28,084 nt of DNA from Methylophagaceae bacterium (GCA_047636295.1 JBLIKM010000001.1:1-28084); one strand, 5' to 3'; counted from the first letter of the stretch, positions 1 to 8,734 are shown. Made by a program: numbers and translations. The notes: generated by a model not told the origin, from the letters alone.

Positions 1-1
1 T

Positions 2-532
2 AACAAACACACTAACATATAAATCTGCGTCACCATCATGATCGATATCTGATACGGCTACACTGAAAGGTACCGAATCGTTGGGTAATACTAATGAGAT
101 TCTTTTTTCAATAAATTTCCCTTCCTGGTTGAGGTATTGATAAAGGCCATCGTCTCTAGCAACAATTAGATCAACATCGTTGTCATTATCGATATCAATC
201 GATACAGAACCGTAGGTTGCAGAAAGACTGGATAAACCTGAATCTTCGATAATATCGACTAATTGTTTGTCGCGGTAGCTAAGCAATACGTCTGCCTGAC
301 CCATACCTCCACCAACGAATATCTCCATTTTCCCGTCGCTGTTTACATCAATGACAGCAGCGCCACTAAAGGGATGTGTGTTTTCTTCCCATTTATGTTC
401 AAAGGCTACTGGGATTTCCTCAAACTTGCTAACGTTCTTCAAAGTAGCCGCATTAAATACGCATCCCACGCTCATCATACAAAACAAAGCAGTTACGGCT
501 AAACCAAATGTCCAGCGAGAAAATCTATTCAT
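2..532 (-). CDS. Integron cassette 2: secreted/lipoprotein FG-GAP (VCBS)-repeat protein, CRTAC1/ASPIC-UnbV-like; 3' part runs off the window
   Basis: Manual translation: MNRFSRWTFGLAVTALFCMMSVGC... (signal peptide with lipobox-like SVG-C), then DxDxDG-type repeats IDVNSDGKMEIFVG, IDIDNDNDVDLIVA, SDIDHDGDADLYVS; AAGG RBS upstream; open to window edge; absent from ORF track. Confidence 0.85.
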   Translation of the reverse strand, partial: MNRFSRWTFGLAVTALFCMMSVGCVFNAATLKNVSKFEEIPVAFEHKWEENTHPFSGAAVIDVNSDGKMEIFVGGGMGQADVLLSYRDKQLVDIIEDSGLSSLSATYGSVSIDIDNDNDVDLIVARDDGLYQYLNQEGKFIEKRISLVLPNDSVPFSVAVSDIDHDGDADLYVSVFV

Positions 533-567
533 AAAAGCATACCTTAGTAATGTAGTTAGTTTTTAAA

Positions 568-669
568 GTATAACGCCCAAATAAGGGGCTGATTAATAGT
601 TGGCTAAAATGTGAAGCGGAGCGAAACCTAGCCAACTGTTAGCAGTCCCGCTTAATTTTCTTGTTAGTT
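568..669 (-). other. attC site of cassette 1 (about 102 bp)
   Basis: Minus strand: R'' AACTAAC overlapping the DUF4238 stop, L'' AATTAAGCGGG, inner arms CTAACAGTTGGCTAG/TTAGCCAACTATTAA, L' CCCCTTATT, R' G|TTATAC; imperfect long palindrome with extrahelical bases. Confidence 0.92.
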
Positions 670-1659
670 TACCTGCATTCTCGGTCCTGTTTTATAAGAC
701 TCATCATTAGCAATCATTTCTTTAACTAGAGAAAAATCATCTTTTTCGGAAAATATATATTGCTCTGAAAATGTTACTTGCAAACTATTTAAGAATCTCA
801 CATTTTCAGCGGTTTGCTTCATAGGGACACCTGTTTCATATGCTTCACCATATTTTACAAGTTCTGAAGGGTTTTTAAGCAGATGAGGATTCATTATAGA
901 CATTTGCTCTACTTGCCTTTTAGATTTAATTGCTCGCTCTGCAATTGAAGGACAAGTAAACGCTAAAGTTAACGTAGTTGAAAGTGGTAAATGAATTTGA
1001 ATACCTTTTAAACCTAAACCTAAGTTGCCATAAAATCCCATATCGATATCGTTGTACAATGTAATTGGGTTGTCTGATATATAAAATGGATTACTATTAC
1101 ACGTTTCGTATAAAATCCATGATTTATTCATTATGTGAGTTATTACATCATTTTGTTCTAATATCATCTTCAAAAATAATGTTTTTCGCTCAGACGAACC
1201 CTCACTACCCAGTTCTTTCTCAATTTGTTCAGGTGACGCCCCAATAGCCTCAAATTTACCTGATACTGCACTCATCAGATGATTAATTCGTTGAAGCTCC
1301 CCAAATGACCTACCCCTTTGGACGGCTGTAAATGTTGCAATGATGATTTGCTCGTCTTCGGTAAGGCATGAGATATTATTAGCGGTAATAATTTTTTTAA
1401 TAATTGGAGCCGCTTTAGTTTCATAAATACCTAATATAGGTTCTAAACTCGCTTTTTCAGGGTGATCACTAATATTGTAGAAACTATTTCTTGTCGTAGC
1501 ATCAAATACAGATTGTTGAAACTCTCTTTCATTTTGTTTATCAAAAGTGAATAAACGACGTTTCTTGTTTTTTTTCCCAAAGCCAAAATGATCTAATAAA
1601 AATCGAGGTACAGTATGCTGCTTTTTTACATCCGTGCTCAATTTAGACGATTGACTCAT
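664..1659 (-). CDS. Integron cassette 1: DUF4238 domain protein (candidate anti-phage)
   Basis: N-terminal KQHTVPRFLL motif and FYISDNP motif typical of DUF4238; GGAG RBS; stop codon inside attC R''; AT-rich. Confidence 0.8.
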   Translation of the reverse strand: MSQSSKLSTDVKKQHTVPRFLLDHFGFGKKNKKRRLFTFDKQNEREFQQSVFDATTRNSFYNISDHPEKASLEPILGIYETKAAPIIKKIITANNISCLTEDEQIIIATFTAVQRGRSFGELQRINHLMSAVSGKFEAIGASPEQIEKELGSEGSSERKTLFLKMILEQNDVITHIMNKSWILYETCNSNPFYISDNPITLYNDIDMGFYGNLGLGLKGIQIHLPLSTTLTLAFTCPSIAERAIKSKRQVEQMSIMNPHLLKNPSELVKYGEAYETGVPMKQTAENVRFLNSLQVTFSEQYIFSEKDDFSLVKEMIANDESYKTGPRMQVN

Positions 1660-1682
1660 TTAGACTCCATAGGTGATTGGTA

Positions 1683-1701
1683 AACTAACTTGTTATTAAC
1701 G
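1683..1701 (-). other. attI recombination site (core G|TTAGTT)
   Basis: Minus strand CGTTAATAACAA-GTTAGTT between intI and cassette 1; GTTAGTT is the exact complement of the cassette 1 attC R'' (AACTAAC). Confidence 0.8.
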
Positions 1702-1738
1702 GGAAGAATGTTTCCCTGTAATTCCTATACATATACGG

Positions 1739-1767
1739 ACCATAATGCCTAGTAAGTAGATAATCAA
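1739..1767 (-). promoter_or_regulatory. Candidate cassette promoter Pc
   Basis: TTGATT (1767-1762), 17 bp, TATGGT (1744-1739), pointing into attI. Confidence 0.4.
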
Positions 1768-1786
1768 GATAAAACAGGGAAATATT

Positions 1787-2809
1787 ATGGCTGTATTTCA
1801 GAAGCAATCTCAAAGCCGTTCTAAATTTAAACCACAGTCCGTTCGCATTATGGATCAAGTACGAGAGGTGCTTCGCTATCATCATTATGCATTACGTACG
1901 GAAGAGGCATATGTTAAGTGTATTTTAGCCTTTATTCGTCTTAATGGAACTCAACATCCAAATACATTAGGTAAGCAGGAAATTGAGGCATTTTTATCCG
2001 ATATGGCAACCAATAAGAATTATGCTGCTGCCACGCAAAATTTGGCATTTAATTCTATTGTCTTCCTTTATAAGCAGGTTTTAGATTTGCCTATTGCCGA
2101 CGATTTAGATCCTGTCCGTTCAAAGAAACCCGTTCGATTACCTGTTGTAATGAGTACGGAGGAGGTAGGGCTGTTATTGCAAGCAATGACGGGCATTAAG
2201 TCTTTAATGGCAAGAGTAATGTATGGTGGCGGTTTGCATGTGATGGAGGTGTTACGTCTACGCATTCAGGATATTGATTTTGGAAATGGATATTTGATGA
2301 TTAGGGATGCAAAAGGTGGAAAAGATAGAACGACATTGCTGGCACCATCCATTGTTGATGATTTGAAACGGCATTTGGACTCTGTACGGCAATTATTTGA
2401 CCAAGATGTAGAAGAGGGTGTGGCTGATGTTTATTTGCCGAATAATTTAGCTAAAAAATACCCGAAAGCTGGAGCAGCATGGGAATGGCAATATGTTTTT
2501 CCATCACAAAAACTATCTTTAGATCCGCGTAGTGGCAAAATGCGTAGGCACCATATGGATGAGTCAGGATTTCAGAAGGGTATTCGAGCCGCTAAACATA
2601 AAGTGGGTATAGATAAGCGAATTACATCACATACCTTACGCCATTCATTTGCGACTCATTTACTAGAGGCGGGTACTAATATCCGTGTGGTGCAAAAATT
2701 ACTCGGCCATGCAGATGTAAAAACGACTGAGATTTATACGCATGTGTTGCAGCAAAATCTTCAGGCAGTGGTGAGTCCTTTAGAGCGTTTGAATATTAAT
2801 AATCAGTGA
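1787..2809 (+). CDS. intI: Integron integrase (tyrosine recombinase) with catalytic Arg->His substitution
   Basis: IntI-specific insert YLPNNLAKKYPKAGAAWEWQYVFPS...DPRSG...RRHH; KGGKDR, HTLRHSF, LGH and IYTH motifs; box I reads YGGGLHVME instead of YGxGxR. Confidence 0.95.
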   Translation: MAVFQKQSQSRSKFKPQSVRIMDQVREVLRYHHYALRTEEAYVKCILAFIRLNGTQHPNTLGKQEIEAFLSDMATNKNYAAATQNLAFNSIVFLYKQVLDLPIADDLDPVRSKKPVRLPVVMSTEEVGLLLQAMTGIKSLMARVMYGGGLHVMEVLRLRIQDIDFGNGYLMIRDAKGGKDRTTLLAPSIVDDLKRHLDSVRQLFDQDVEEGVADVYLPNNLAKKYPKAGAAWEWQYVFPSQKLSLDPRSGKMRRHHMDESGFQKGIRAAKHKVGIDKRITSHTLRHSFATHLLEAGTNIRVVQKLLGHADVKTTEIYTHVLQQNLQAVVSPLERLNINNQ

Positions 2810-2872
2810 ATTGAATGACTATTTCATCGATAATGGCGCAAAACACCCGATAGCAATTGAGAATATGGTGAT

Positions 2873-2997
2873 ATGAAATACACTGATTTACGTGACTTTA
2901 TTGCCCACTTAGAACTGCGAGGCGAACTTAAACGCATTAGCGTAGAAGTGGATCCTGTTTTAGAAATGACCGAAATCTGCGATCGTGTATTACGTGC
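2873..2997 (+). repeat. Direct repeat copy 1 of ubiD 5' end (copy 2 at 27960-28084)
   Basis: 125 nt compared, one synonymous mismatch (T2884 vs C27971). Confidence 0.97.
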
Positions 2998-4339
2998 GGG
3001 TGGCCCAGCATTATTATTCGAAAATCCAAAAGGCAGTGCAATGCCGGTGTTAGCTAATCTGTTTGGCACTCCGGAGCGTGTGGCATTCGGCATGGGTGAA
3101 GAATCGGTTGAAGCGTTGCGAGAAGTCGGTAAATTATTAGCTTTTTTGAAAGAACCTGAGCCACCGAAAGGGTTGAAAGATGTTTGGCAGAAAATGCCCA
3201 TCTTCAAACAAGTTCTGAATATGGCACCGAAAGTGGTGACCTATGCAGCCTGCCAACAAGAAGTGATCGAAGGTGATGCAGTAGATTTAAGTCAGTATCC
3301 CATTCAACTGTGTTGGCCAGAAGATGCAGCGCCGCTTATTACATGGGGCTTGGTAGTCACCAAAGGGCCCCATAAATCACGGCAAAATCTGGGCATTTAT
3401 CGCCAACAGGTTATCGGCAAAAATCGGGTCATTATGCGTTGGCTATCCCATCGTGGTGGCGCATTAGATTTTAAAGAATGGCAAGTAGAACATCCCGGTG
3501 AAGCGTTTCCGATCAGTGTGGTACTGGGCTGTGATCCTGCCACAATTTTGGCGGCGGTCACGCCAATCCCCGATACTTTGTCTGAATATGCTTTTGCAGG
3601 TTTATTACGTGGTTCAAAAACAGAATTAGTGAAATGCATCGGCAATGATTTACAAGTACCGGCTAGTGCAGAGATTGTATTAGAAGGCTTTATTTACCCA
3701 AATGATATGGCAGATGAAGGGCCCTATGGTGATCACACCGGTTATTACAATGAAGTAGATCGTTTTCCGGTGTTTACAGTTGAACGAATAACGCAGCGTA
3801 AAAATCCGATTTATCATAGTACCTATACGGGGCGCCCACCTGATGAACCGGCGATTTTAGGCGTTGCCTTGAACGAAGTGTTTGTACCGATATTACAAAA
3901 ACAATTCCCAGAAATTGTTGATTTCTATCTACCACCTGAAGGTTGTTCATATCGAATGGCAGTGGTGAGTATGAAAAAACAATACCCCGGCCATGCTAAG
4001 CGGGTGATGATGGGAATTTGGTCATTTTTACGGCAATTTATGTACACCAAGTTTGTTATCGTTGTTGATGATGATGTCAATGTTCGAGACTGGAATGATG
4101 TTATTTGGGCGATTACTACTCGAATGGATCCGGCTCGCGATACGACCTTGATTGAAAATACCCCCATTGATTATCTTGACTTTGCTTCGCCGGTATCCGG
4201 CTTAGGTTCCAAAATGGGCATGGATGCAACCAACAAAATGCCCGGTGAAACGAACCGTGAATGGGGGCGACCTATAAAACGTGATCCAGCTGTTGTCGAT
4301 CGTATTGATCAGATTTGGAGTTCGTTAGAGCTGGATTAG
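2873..4339 (+). CDS. ubiD: 4-hydroxy-3-polyprenylbenzoate decarboxylase
   Basis: [10 protein letters not shown]..., [32 protein letters not shown]; full-length 488 aa. Confidence 0.97.
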   Translation: MKYTDLRDFIAHLELRGELKRISVEVDPVLEMTEICDRVLRAGGPALLFENPKGSAMPVLANLFGTPERVAFGMGEESVEALREVGKLLAFLKEPEPPKGLKDVWQKMPIFKQVLNMAPKVVTYAACQQEVIEGDAVDLSQYPIQLCWPEDAAPLITWGLVVTKGPHKSRQNLGIYRQQVIGKNRVIMRWLSHRGGALDFKEWQVEHPGEAFPISVVLGCDPATILAAVTPIPDTLSEYAFAGLLRGSKTELVKCIGNDLQVPASAEIVLEGFIYPNDMADEGPYGDHTGYYNEVDRFPVFTVERITQRKNPIYHSTYTGRPPDEPAILGVALNEVFVPILQKQFPEIVDFYLPPEGCSYRMAVVSMKKQYPGHAKRVMMGIWSFLRQFMYTKFVIVVDDDVNVRDWNDVIWAITTRMDPARDTTLIENTPIDYLDFASPVSGLGSKMGMDATNKMPGETNREWGRPIKRDPAVVDRIDQIWSSLELD

Positions 4340-4380
4340 ACACAGGCTCGCTAAATGATAGTTTTTGAGGGGAAAGAATA

Positions 4381-4749
4381 ATGAGAATGTTACATACCAT
4401 GTTGCGTGTTGGGAATTTAGAACGTTCGATACAATTTTATACTGAAGTGCTGGGAATGACTGAATTACGTAGATCAGAGTACCCAGATGGTAAGTTCACA
4501 TTAGTCTTTATCGGTTATGGTGACGAGACCTCTAATACTGTGCTCGAACTAACTTACAACTGGGATACTGACCGTTATGACTTAGGTAATGGCTACGGAC
4601 ATATTGCTATTGGGGTAGCAGATGCAGCAGCAGCATGTGACAAAATTAGAAATCTAGGTGGCAACATTGTCGGTAAGGGCTATGATATCAGTAGCAACAC
4701 TGGCATTATATTCAACCCAATTTATAAACCAAATAGAGTAATCATATGA
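4381..4749 (+). pseudogene. gloA: Lactoylglutathione lyase (glyoxalase I), C-terminally truncated at about codon 97 with an unrelated read-through tail
   Basis: Matches GloA through ...ACDKIRNLGGNIV, then loses the conserved REAGPxK...AFVEDPDGYKIE segment including the fourth metal ligand (E. coli Glu122). Confidence 0.85.
4661..4741 (+). pseudogene. 3' remnant of an FMN-binding (flavinylated) protein gene
   Basis: +1 frame relative to gloA reads ATLSVRAMISVATLALYSTQFINQIE*, resembling the (S/T)GATLSVRA...LALY C-terminus of FMN-binding proteins; stop 4 nt before the PepSY-TM start. Confidence 0.6.
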
Positions 4750-5465
4750 ACCGCCGGATGCGAAATCTATACCAAAGTATGGGTGCTGCCATTGCTCTAT
4801 TTGTATTGTTATTATCAATAACAGGCATCTTACTTAACCACTCCAGCGACTTAAAGTTAGATAAACACTATCTAACGTGGCCTTGGCTGTTGAGTCATTA
4901 TGGCGTAGGCAATGTGCAAGCTGATGCTGTCTTTTTGTTAGATCAATCCGTAATCTCTCAATTTGGTGCAGAGGTATTTGTCAACGCTAAGCCTGTAACA
5001 AATGCCCAAAGACCCTTATTAGGTGGGGTAGTGTTAGATGATATGATAGTTTTAGCAACAGATGATGCCTTGATTTTACTTAATTCTGAGGGTGAATTTA
5101 TTGAGCGTATGGGCGCTGCTGCTGGTGTGCCACCGATAATCCAAAATATAGGCTTGTTTCATGGCGGCCCCATTATTCAGACTCGTGAAGGCATGTGGCG
5201 CAGTGATTTCATGCTCGATAAATGGGAGCTCATCTCATTACAAGGGGTCGGTTGGAGCCTGCCTAGTCCGATGCCTGCATCAATACAAAAAGAGTTAGTT
5301 AAATACTTTCATGGCGAGGGCGTGAGCGCTGAACAGGTTTTATTAGATGTGCATAATGGGCGTATTTTAGGCGTTATTGGTGTTTGGCTATTAGATCTCG
5401 TGGGTGTTTTATTAACCGCGTTATCATTGACGGGGATCTGGATGTGGCTGCGACGATCGCAATGA
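4746..5465 (+). CDS. PepSY-associated TM helix domain protein
   Basis: N-terminal TM ending LLSITGILLNH, periplasmic domain, C-terminal LLDVHNG...LSLTGIWMW. Confidence 0.8.
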   Translation: MNRRMRNLYQSMGAAIALFVLLLSITGILLNHSSDLKLDKHYLTWPWLLSHYGVGNVQADAVFLLDQSVISQFGAEVFVNAKPVTNAQRPLLGGVVLDDMIVLATDDALILLNSEGEFIERMGAAAGVPPIIQNIGLFHGGPIIQTREGMWRSDFMLDKWELISLQGVGWSLPSPMPASIQKELVKYFHGEGVSAEQVLLDVHNGRILGVIGVWLLDLVGVLLTALSLTGIWMWLRRSQ

Positions 5466-5530
5466 GATGTCACGACGCCATCGTTGAATAAGACCAAGCT
5501 GATACCGAAATAAGAGTAGAATAACTGCAT

Positions 5531-6487
5531 ATGAGAGATGCTGATTTTCCTTTTTTCCCCAAAGATTTTATCGAGACTAAACAAGGTCTAGTCTTTGCTG
5601 TGGTGAGCTATCAACCTCATGAAGGTAAAGTGGGCTGTTTTTTGCGATATGTAAAAGAAGGTGCTGCTTGGAAAAAAATTGAGACCGAACAGGCCAATCA
5701 GTTGTTGCAACACTCTTTTCCCCAGTATTTATATCAATCGACACAATTTGATGCTTCGTTTCATGCCGTTGCAGTCAAAGATATTGTTAAGCACCATCGA
5801 CCAGAAGCACGTTTACAGTCTGTTTTACAACGCGACCCTCGCGACAATATAGAGCAGAAATTACAGCAACTAATTCCCATTTTGGTGCGTTTTGGTGCTA
5901 ATGGTGACTTTTTGGGACTAACAGGCTCGATGTTAATTAACCAGCAAGGTCCAAAATCTGATATTGATCTCGTGGTGTTTGGTCGACAACAGTTTCAAAA
6001 AATGCGGCAGGCCTTAAAGCGTGCGGTAGATTCAGGCGAACTTAGTGACTTGGATCTGACTCTGATGAAAGATAACTTTCATAGGCGAGCGGGTGAATTA
6101 AGTTTCGATGAGTTTTCGTGGCATGAATATCGCAAACACAACAAAGCGTCTATCGATGGCACTAAATTTGATATTGCCATGGTATGTTTAAGTGGCGAGA
6201 TAGAACACGATGATGCTCAGTATCAAAAGCAGGGAATGCGAACTATTACAACTGAGGTGATTGATGACCTTCGAGCCTATGATTTTCCTGCTGTTTATTT
6301 AATTAATGATAAATTGACTCCTGAGGTGTTGTCATTCACGCATACTTACGTTGGACAAGCGAAAAAAGGTGAACTAATTGAAATTTCTGGTGCTGTAGAG
6401 TGCAATATTACTACGGGTAAATGTCGGCTGATTGTGGGTTCAACTCGCGAAGCTGATGGCGAATATATTAAGGTAATAAATACATGA
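5531..6487 (+). CDS. Nucleotidyltransferase-fold protein, archaeal COG1665-like
   Basis: GLTGSML...SDIDLVVFG Pol-beta motif; N-terminal KDFIET..GLVFAV...FLRY; C-terminal OB-like [15 protein letters not shown]. Confidence 0.7.
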   Translation: MRDADFPFFPKDFIETKQGLVFAVVSYQPHEGKVGCFLRYVKEGAAWKKIETEQANQLLQHSFPQYLYQSTQFDASFHAVAVKDIVKHHRPEARLQSVLQRDPRDNIEQKLQQLIPILVRFGANGDFLGLTGSMLINQQGPKSDIDLVVFGRQQFQKMRQALKRAVDSGELSDLDLTLMKDNFHRRAGELSFDEFSWHEYRKHNKASIDGTKFDIAMVCLSGEIEHDDAQYQKQGMRTITTEVIDDLRAYDFPAVYLINDKLTPEVLSFTHTYVGQAKKGELIEISGAVECNITTGKCRLIVGSTREADGEYIKVINT

Positions 6488-7950
6488 GTGAAGTTGAAAT
6501 GACTGTACAAGCCGATATTGGTTTAGTGGGGTTAGCGGTAATGGGTCAAAATCTGGTTTTGAATATGAACGACCATGGTTTTACTGTTGCAGTGTATAAC
6601 CGTACAACCAGTAAAATAGATGAATTTCTTGCGGGTCCAGCTAAAGGAACCAAGATTATTGGTTGCCACGATCTGAAAACGTTTGTTGAATCATTGAAAG
6701 CACCGCGCCGCATAATGCTGATGGTTAAAGCAGGACCAGTGGTTGATGCTTTCATTGAACAGTTAGCGCCCTATCTTGATAAAGGCGATGTTATTATCGA
6801 TGGTGGTAATTCCTTGTATAACGATAGTGATCGTCGAACGCACCAATTACATCGAAAAGGCATTTTATTTATCGGTACGGGTGTATCGGGCGGTGAAGAA
6901 GGTGCACGTTTTGGACCCTCGATTATGCCGGGTGGCAATCAAGCCGCTTGGGCTTCAGTTAAACCTATTTTTCAGGCAATTGCGGCACAGGTTGATGGCG
7001 AACCGTGTTGCGACTGGGTCGGAAATGATGGTGCGGGTCATTACGTAAAAATGGTACATAACGGTATTGAATATGGCGATATGCAATTAATATGTGAAGC
7101 ATATCAGTTGATGCGAGAAGGTCTTGGAATGTCTGGTGATGAAATTCAGGCGGTATTTGCTGAATGGAACCATGGCGTACTGGATTCTTATCTGATAGAA
7201 ATCACCCGTGATATTCTAGCTGTGAAAGAAGATGATGGTAGTTTGCTGATTGATCACATTATGGATGCAGCAGGACAAAAAGGCACCGGTAAATGGACAG
7301 GTATGAATGCTTTGGACTTGGGTATTCCCTTGACCCTAATTGGCGAAGCCGTATTCGCTCGTTGCCTGTCTGCACGTAAGGAGGAGCGAGTTATTGCCTC
7401 GAAAGTACTACCTAAGTTAGCGGCCGAGTTTGAAGGTGATAAAGCAGAAATGGTAGATGCCATTCGTGATGCGTTATATGCATCAAAAATCATTTCTTAT
7501 GCGCAAGGTTATATGTTGATGCGTGAAGCTGCCAAAACTTATGGTTGGGAGCTCAATTATGGTGGAATAGCCTTAATGTGGCGTGGTGGTTGTATTATCC
7601 GTAGTCAATTCTTAGCCAATATCCGCGATGCTTTTACTAAGCAACCAGATCTACAAAACTTATTATTGGATCAATTCTTTATTGATGCCATTACAGAAGC
7701 ATTGCCAGGTTGGCGTAAAGCCGTAGGTACGGCCATTTCTTTAGGCATACCTGCACCGACATTTAGTAGTGCTTTATCCTTTTATGATGGTTATCGTAGT
7801 GAGCGTCTACCCGCTAATCTTTTACAAGCACAACGTGATTATTTTGGTGCCCATACTTATGAACGTTTAGATAAACCCCGTGGTGAATTTTTCCATACTA
7901 ATTGGACCGGCCGAGGTGGTGATATATCGGCCACTAACTATGATGTTTAA
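6484..7950 (+). CDS. gnd: NADP-dependent 6-phosphogluconate dehydrogenase (decarboxylating)
   Basis: [53 protein letters not shown]. Confidence 0.97.
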   Translation: MSEVEMTVQADIGLVGLAVMGQNLVLNMNDHGFTVAVYNRTTSKIDEFLAGPAKGTKIIGCHDLKTFVESLKAPRRIMLMVKAGPVVDAFIEQLAPYLDKGDVIIDGGNSLYNDSDRRTHQLHRKGILFIGTGVSGGEEGARFGPSIMPGGNQAAWASVKPIFQAIAAQVDGEPCCDWVGNDGAGHYVKMVHNGIEYGDMQLICEAYQLMREGLGMSGDEIQAVFAEWNHGVLDSYLIEITRDILAVKEDDGSLLIDHIMDAAGQKGTGKWTGMNALDLGIPLTLIGEAVFARCLSARKEERVIASKVLPKLAAEFEGDKAEMVDAIRDALYASKIISYAQGYMLMREAAKTYGWELNYGGIALMWRGGCIIRSQFLANIRDAFTKQPDLQNLLLDQFFIDAITEALPGWRKAVGTAISLGIPAPTFSSALSFYDGYRSERLPANLLQAQRDYFGAHTYERLDKPRGEFFHTNWTGRGGDISATNYDV

Positions 7951-7969
7951 TTAATTATTATCACCCAAT

Positions 7970-8008
7970 AAAAAAGGGGGGAAGTTGTGTCAACTTCCCC
8001 CCTTTTTT
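7970..8008. terminator. Bidirectional intrinsic terminator between gnd and the ferritin-like gene
   Basis: AAAAAA-GGGGGGAAGTTG-TGT-CAACTTCCCCCC-TTTTTT. Confidence 0.92.
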
Positions 8009-8027
8009 GGTATCTAAACTTAGCCCA

Positions 8028-8315
8028 TTATTGATGCGCAATAGGTGTGTCAGTAAATAGATAATCTTTTAATTCTTTATCGAAACGTGGATCTTTACGA
8101 CGAATCCATTCCAATACCATTGCAGCATGTTCTTTTTCTTCATCACGATTGTGAGCCAGAATGGCTTTTAATTCATTATCTTTGCAAGCATCAACTCGCT
8201 GGTTGTACCAATCCACTGCTTCTAATTCTTCCATTAATGAAGTAATCGCCCTGTGCATATCTCGTGTTTCATCTGATAGTTCATTGATGGGTTCATGATA
8301 GCCTTCGTTTGACAT
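8028..8315 (-). CDS. Encapsulin-associated ferritin-like protein (EncFtn/Flp) without targeting peptide
   Basis: HRAITSLMEELEAVDWYNQRVDA...ILAHNRDEEKEHAAMVLEWIRR, closely resembling the R. rubrum EncFtn core. Confidence 0.9.
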   Translation of the reverse strand: MSNEGYHEPINELSDETRDMHRAITSLMEELEAVDWYNQRVDACKDNELKAILAHNRDEEKEHAAMVLEWIRRKDPRFDKELKDYLFTDTPIAHQ

Positions 8316-8503
8316 GTGATATTCCTCATAGTTTTAAAATAAGTAGTAGATACAGCATTCACTTAAATAAAGTGACTGATGTTTTGAGCATGCTCTATTT
8401 CTGCAATAGGAGCAAGTAGCGACCAGTATTATGCTTTAATGAGATTTTATAACGCTTGAATATAATCTGCTAAAACACACTTACTAAAGTAAGTTCAGCT
8501 GTT

Positions 8504-8734
8504 TTAGCTCTCTGTACGCGGCTTTGAGCGACGATTGTTGCGCGCGCTAAGATTCTCTAAAAATAAGGCAATTTCTTTTTCACCCCAGGCTTGAGCTTCT
8601 GCTTCAGAAGTAAAACCATCTTGTTTTTTGGATATTACCGTTCTTTGTGAAGAGACGCGACGGGTGATTTTTGTAGACCAAGTGGCACCATCTTGTTTGA
8701 TCTTAAAATTGTATTTTTTACTTGTGGCCATCAA
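8504..8734 (-). CDS. DUF3622 family protein
   Basis: W...ITRRVSS..TVISKKQDGF.SEAEAQAWGEKE pattern. Confidence 0.75.
   Translation of the reverse strand: MMATSKKYNFKIKQDGATWSTKITRRVSSQRTVISKKQDGFTSEAEAQAWGEKEIALFLENLSARNNRRSKPRTES

Larger units (their letters stand above)
1..2809. mobile_element. Integron (intI + attI + at least 2 gene cassettes), continuing beyond the left edge
   Basis: IntI-type integrase divergent from the cassette array; attI core at 1683-1689; attC at 568-669; cassette ORFs all on the minus strand. Confidence 0.93.

Noticed and set aside
263-566. Plus-strand ORFs 263-502 and 351-566
   Set aside because: Shadows of the minus-strand FG-GAP cassette gene.
1700-1800. LexA (SOS) box upstream of intI
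   Set aside because: CTGT-containing stretches (e.g. CTGTAATTCCTATACA) do not fit CTGT-N8-ACAG; only a 9-bp IR (1711-1719 / 1774-1782) of unknown meaning is present.
1685-1885. 66-aa minus-strand ORF across attI/intI
   Set aside because: Overlaps intI antisense, no recognisable family, likely chance; cannot exclude a leader-peptide role.
2824-3207. 127-aa antisense ORF and the other short antisense/alternate-frame ORFs within core genes
   Set aside because: Embedded in well-conserved genes on another frame, without motifs or RBS.
8430-8460. Fur box upstream of the ferritin-like gene (AATGAGATTTTAT)
   Set aside because: Too degenerate in an AT-rich region.
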